From assembly GCA_040954595.2 (NCBI GenBank), contig CM082585.2, forward strand, positions 11,807,863 to 11,871,862: a stretch of 64,000 bases of DNA, written 5' to 3'. Below, one piece after another: positions 58,124 to 64,000 of this stretch. The notes beneath the pieces were generated by a model. The model ran no database searches. It was not told the origin of the DNA and was given only the letters and a program-made list of their open reading frames with translations. The stretch comes from Balanoglossus misakiensis (Eukaryota; Animalia; Hemichordata). A program made the position numbers and the translations under genes. Within the stretch, counting starts at the first letter, position 1; every line of letters begins with the position of its first letter.

Positions 58124-59722
58124 TTATGGAGTTCCTTTAGTGAGCCAGCACTCATCTGCTCGAGTCACCGTCTTCGATTTCGCCACAAATTTGGGAAAGA
58201 CAGGGGAGTATTCTTCGGAGTTCAGCTGAGAGTTATCATAAGTAATGATTATGGCTACAAATCGGACCGGGTTGTCATGGGAACGAACTGTTAGAGTGTG
58301 AGGTCCATGCGATAGTCCACTCATCACAAAGTGTAGTTTGCAAGTGTGAGAGACATATTGAGTGTTGAAGCAGAAGGACCTCTCATTGTCGACTGTCAAA
58401 AAAACCAAGCCACACTCATGACACCCCATAGTACCAGCTAGTAGATTACTGGTGAGATTTGCATAATGTTTGACTTCAAATTGAAATTTTATGACACTGT
58501 CTGGTTGTGAAAGCCAATATGCCTTGTTATCCAGACGCCCCGTCCCCGATGTTTCACTGGTCAGTTTCCATTTCCCTCTGACTGTTGGGATTAAGTCATT
58601 TTTGTTGCCAGACTGAGGACGAGTGGTTGACCAGCAACGAGAGTGGGATAGATGTGTTTCATTGAACAATGGTTTTGGAAGTGATTTACGGTGAATGGTG
58701 AAGTTGTCCCTCCATTTTCGTTGATCGAAGTCACAATTTTCCGTGCTCATTGTATCTCCTATGGTTTCCAGAAGCACATCATTCAACATCTGGGATAAAA
58801 ATATCGACATCATGGCATGGGCTTTCCTGCTGGGGTGGCCATGATCGACGGCTACCAGATCTAAAGCCTTATCAGTCATAACAAGTTCACACACGGCATC
58901 AGGCATGTTAATAGCTGGTATATCGTAGTATTTACTGAGTGGATTGCTAGAAGTCTGTTCGTTGTTAACACAGGATTTCTTAAGTACGTCCTTCCCGTGT
59001 TCAAAATTCACGTAGATTAATTGGGGTTGGTTTGGGAGAGCCAATATAGACCTTGTGAATTCCTCCAGTGACTCAGGCCCGACAGAATTATAAAAATCAT
59101 TGACAGCACACTCCGCTAACATCGCATCAAGCTTGGTTAACTCGAAATGGGCTTCCATACAAAGAGTGTGAAAAAAGCTTGTCATTCCACCAATCGCACC
59201 GTTTTGAAGAATAACAGGCGAACCGAGAATTTCTTCTAACATTCGAAGAGTGCGATTCGCAAAAAGATACGTTTCACCAGTCCTCTTTCCACCAGTCAAA
59301 GCTGTAGCTGTTGATATCGACCCGCCGACCAATCCAATCACCAAAGGTCTTCCTGTGAGTAAGACGTCTTTGAAGGAAACTTTCAACCTTTCAAAAGATG
59401 TTTTGTGTGCCAAAGCTTTCTTCATCATACCTTCACTCAGCCCCAATTCTTTCTTGGTCAAAGCAATCTCTGATTCCATTGAAGTGGCCCGTTCCTTGAT
59501 GTGATGAAGTCTTTTGCTGAGACTCGATTCACATTCGACTGCTCCCAGTTTAAGTGGCGCCACAGCATCTGATTGATGTGGCACCCATTGCATCTCGCCG
59601 TGTTGGTTTGTGAAATCTCCTTCCGGTCCACGCACTTTGTCAAATTGAAATGTTTTGAAGCCGAAATATACCAGTCCAAAGATAACTATAGTAACATAAC
59701 CGATAAATAACTTCCAAGCCAT
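58124..59722 (-). CDS. Intronless SGNH/GDSL-hydrolase-like type II membrane protein
   Basis: Single uninterrupted ORF with an N-terminal TM (LFIGYVTIVIFGLVYF) and a coiled coil. SGNH blocks occur in order: GLVGGSIS, NGAIGG, ECAVND, DHGHPS (DxxH). Confidence 0.8.
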   Translation of the reverse strand: MAWKLFIGYVTIVIFGLVYFGFKTFQFDKVRGPEGDFTNQHGEMQWVPHQSDAVAPLKLGAVECESSLSKRLHHIKERATSMESEIALTKKELGLSEGMMKKALAHKTSFERLKVSFKDVLLTGRPLVIGLVGGSISTATALTGGKRTGETYLFANRTLRMLEEILGSPVILQNGAIGGMTSFFHTLCMEAHFELTKLDAMLAECAVNDFYNSVGPESLEEFTRSILALPNQPQLIYVNFEHGKDVLKKSCVNNEQTSSNPLSKYYDIPAINMPDAVCELVMTDKALDLVAVDHGHPSRKAHAMMSIFLSQMLNDVLLETIGDTMSTENCDFDQRKWRDNFTIHRKSLPKPLFNETHLSHSRCWSTTRPQSGNKNDLIPTVRGKWKLTSETSGTGRLDNKAYWLSQPDSVIKFQFEVKHYANLTSNLLAGTMGCHECGLVFLTVDNERSFCFNTQYVSHTCKLHFVMSGLSHGPHTLTVRSHDNPVRFVAIIITYDNSQLNSEEYSPVFPKFVAKSKTVTRADECWLTKGTP

Positions 59723-60398
59723 TTTGGTTATAAAAAATTCCGACAGCACACACGCACCCTTTTATCTGATTTAAAGAGTAATTCCTTTTTGCAATCTGTT
59801 GCTGCAATATGTAAATGATTTCAAATACTGTATATCCAATGAGACATGCTCCATAAGATACATGTACAGTGCTGTCTATGATTTAAAAGCCTGGACAGCT
59901 AATCTCAAAGACCTTTAAGTTGATCTGTGACATAACCATAGCAACAAGTAAACAAGTAGTACAAGTATTCCGAGTGTAACAGGGTATCAATTTATTGACA
60001 ATGTATTTCTTTCATAGATTATTAGAAAGGTTTCTCGAATATAAACAATTCTAAACCTGTAAAAAAGAATATTGGAAAACGGGTGCGTGCAGTATTCAGT
60101 GAGTAAGATTTTAGTATTAAAAATTTAAGTGCAAAATACAAGGCTGGGTGTCTGCAGAAAAGAAAAAAAATACACAATTTTACGGCTACAGTTTTGAAAT
60201 TTCTCATTTACTTTAGTGGACATAGAAGATTTCAATCAAAATCACGGCGTACAAAATAATGAGCTATGAAAAATAAATGTATATTTTTTAAATTTGCATC
60301 CATTATTTTAACAATGTCATATTTGTTACATTTTCACAATCATTTTTCATTAAAATAACCTTGTATTAAAAATGTCATAAGGTCACTGCAAAGTATGG

Positions 60399-62345
60399 CT
60401 ACCAGAAACCAGCAGCGTATTTATGATAAAGAATTGCCAATTGTCTCTTCAAAGGGTCAACAATGGCATATGCAAATGTCTGGAAATGGTCTTTATCAGC
60501 TGGATATATAGGCAACCCATCCTTGTCCTGAAAGATATAAAATATGTCTTTGTAGTTTTAAAAGAGAAACTTTTGTTCCAACCTTGCACATGTTACAAAA
60601 AATAGGGATAAGCAGTATATTGTTTGCTGCAATTTACATTTGTATTACATGCAGTTTGTTTTTGCTTCTATTTTTATATCATGTGCAGCATTTCAAAGAT
60701 CCATTGCCTGTAACTTGGCAATTTTTCACACCTTTTTTTTGTCTTGTGTACAACTGCATTTGATCTACTAGTACTAACCAGTGCATTTAGAGAAAACACC
60801 AGAGATGTAATATTGAGCTGTTTTGTGTTGGGATCCTTCAGAACACTGCAATGTAGAAAATACAAGAGAAGTAGATCTGTTACAATGTACAATTACTAAT
60901 TTGGTTTATTAAGGATTTCTTATATAAAGCAAGAAAAAGTTGTATTGACCCTCCATTACGGGATAAAACAGACAGGTTTGACTAAAACTTGTCACTAGGA
61001 GGCGCTCTTCATATCTCATGGAAGATTGGACTCAGGCCAAATTACAATTTGGTGCCTACTCAGTTTTCAGATTGACATCACTCAGTTAAACCTTACATAA
61101 TAATTTCTCACCTGATTAGATCTTTATAGAGAGATTTCGTAACATCCAGATAAGGCTTGACAGAGTCCTCAAATTGACAAACAGATCCACCAAGGCAAAT
61201 ATGTTTGAATAATCGGAATAGAAACTGCTCCCTTTCATCATCATTGTACTCTTCATAATTATCAGAATCTTCCAGTAGCAACATCTGAAGATAAAAGAAT
61301 ATTTATGATAAATCTATATCTCACCAAATTGACAGCGTGACATAAAGGTTGTTATTTTTTTCCAACTTACCTTCCGAAGCTCATCAGAGATCTGAATGCC
61401 TTCATAGAACTCATCTAAACATTTGCAGATTTGATCTGACTCCCTCACAATACCCTCCGAGTACAAACGATCAAAGAATGTCATTGAGAGAATGGAACAA
61501 GGAACACTTGAGACTTCAACTTTGCTAGCTGCAGCTCCTGTTTTGGGGAGTAAGAAAAAACAATGAAAGAATATAGTCAGACAGAACTGTTTGTGTCTGT
61601 TTCTGAACACTTTGAACAGAAATTACATATACATATACAATAGCTGCAAACTTTTAATCCTTCTGGGGTGTTGCATTTCGTCCTTAAACTAATACTCAAA
61701 CCATGATACGGGATTACTTTACCAAGATATCCAAATGACCCTGAATCTGATGCTGTCTGCAGTGTTGTGTAGACATTTGGATCTTGAAAGAAATCCTACA
61801 TTATCAAAAGAAACATCAGGTCACAAACAGACATTACAATAAGCAAACATAACATTCAAGGCAAATACAGTTTGGCTAATACCAGTAATGGCTACACATG
61901 TACATATATTTAATTAATCGGAGAATTTCATTATTGATGTCCTTTACGAACTGACAACGAAATCCCAAACACTTACCAGAAAAAAATCATCCTTTTGGTA
62001 TGACTGAAATTGTTGATTGAAACTGTAATACTGAACCCTAAGATTTCCTTGTAAATTCCTGTTAGTTAAAACAAATGAAATTACATGTACTGCATTACTC
62101 AAGATTTTTTTCTGTGAAACGTCAATGTTTACATTCACCTCGCAACGGTTGCGTTGGCAACGTCCATCTGACACCATAAACAACCGAACAGTGTCATTTA
62201 TGTACACAGCGTGATAGTGTAAGGACTCTAGTTACCATTTCATTAGGAAATCCTGTGTATCCTTGTTTTCTAAAGTTTTCACCTTCTTTCCTTCTAAAGA
62301 TATGAATGAAAACTGGCGTTCCCTATTCTCACTGGAGGCTGCCAT
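60399..62345 (-). CDS. CFAP300: Cilia- and flagella-associated protein 300 (C11orf70; dynein-arm assembly factor)
   Basis: Seven exons encode MAASSENRERQFSF..FLMKW, YYSFNQQFQSYQKDDF, DFFQDPNV, VPCSILSMTFFDRLYSEGIVRE..ISDELRK, EQFLFRLFKHICLGGSVCQFED..YLDVTKSLYKDLI, SVLKDPNTK and QTFAYAIVDPLKRQLAILYH. Confidence 0.93.
62148..62161. promoter_or_regulatory. RFX X-box-like motif in CFAP300 intron 1
   Basis: GTTGCGTTGGCAAC within 200 nt of the start of a motile-cilia gene. Confidence 0.55.
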
Positions 62346-62666
62346 ATTTGATTTACCCACGCGGCTGTAGCATCACGGGAAATATGCGCCCTCGCAGTTG
62401 AAAAGGCACGAAAAATTACCCTTTCGGTCTAGTAATTTCTGTCTGGTCGATGTCTAAAAAAGAAAAGAGTCATGTACCAGCATTTGGTGTAGACACTCGC
62501 ATAAATAAACATGCTTTAGCATAACCCACGGTTTTTAATTTAAACGTGTAAACGTATAGTGATCACGTGAAATTTCAGTCAGGTCACCTGATATCATGGT
62601 CCGGGTCACCCGGGTCAGACTGAGGACACGTGAGTTACGTTAAGACTGCAAAGACCCAACTGCATA

Positions 62667-63788
<1,122 letters not shown>

Positions 63789-64000
63789 AACTCTGCATTT
63801 TTAAAGATAACTTGTTTTCAACAATTGGAGCGTCAAAGACTGATATGATGTACAGCACTTGCATTTAGATGTAGGTTTCTCAGAAAAAAATCATGATTAG
63901 TTTTTTGTTGATTGAAATGTTTGTGTACAGTATATGTATTCTTCTGAACATGGCTTATTAAAAATAGGTATATACCTGGTATTTTGGAACTTACTAGTGC

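Overview
Gene-dense, intron-containing animal genomic DNA. The gene set and repeats suggest a marine invertebrate, probably a deuterostome; this is inference. Spliced genes in order: phospholipid scramblase (+, 5'-partial); RNF7/RBX2 (-) head-to-head with NME7 (+); a DsbA/FrnE-like thioredoxin-fold gene (-); CENP-I (-); two tandem neutral ceramidases (-); a small orphan membrane-protein ORF (-); RBM18 (+, 9.6-kb first intron); a 13-finger C2H2 zinc-finger gene (+); a coiled-coil/C1q protein (+); an intronless SGNH-hydrolase-like gene (-); and CFAP300 (-) head-to-head with TMEM256 (+). There are also MITE-like elements, palindromes and microsatellites. Top signals: (1) the DsbA-like gene has an in-frame TGA at the first position of its CxxC active site (UPWC) and a canonical-looking SECIS in its 3'UTR, so it is a selenoprotein invisible to the ORF track; (2) a ~370-nt multi-helix, CpG-rich segment in RNF7 intron 1 looks like an unassigned structured RNA; (3) both ceramidases have C-terminal hydrophobic (GPI-like) tails, a Pro-rich insert and GDVTPN in place of GDVSPN. 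All exon boundaries were read by hand from GT-AG sites and reading frame.
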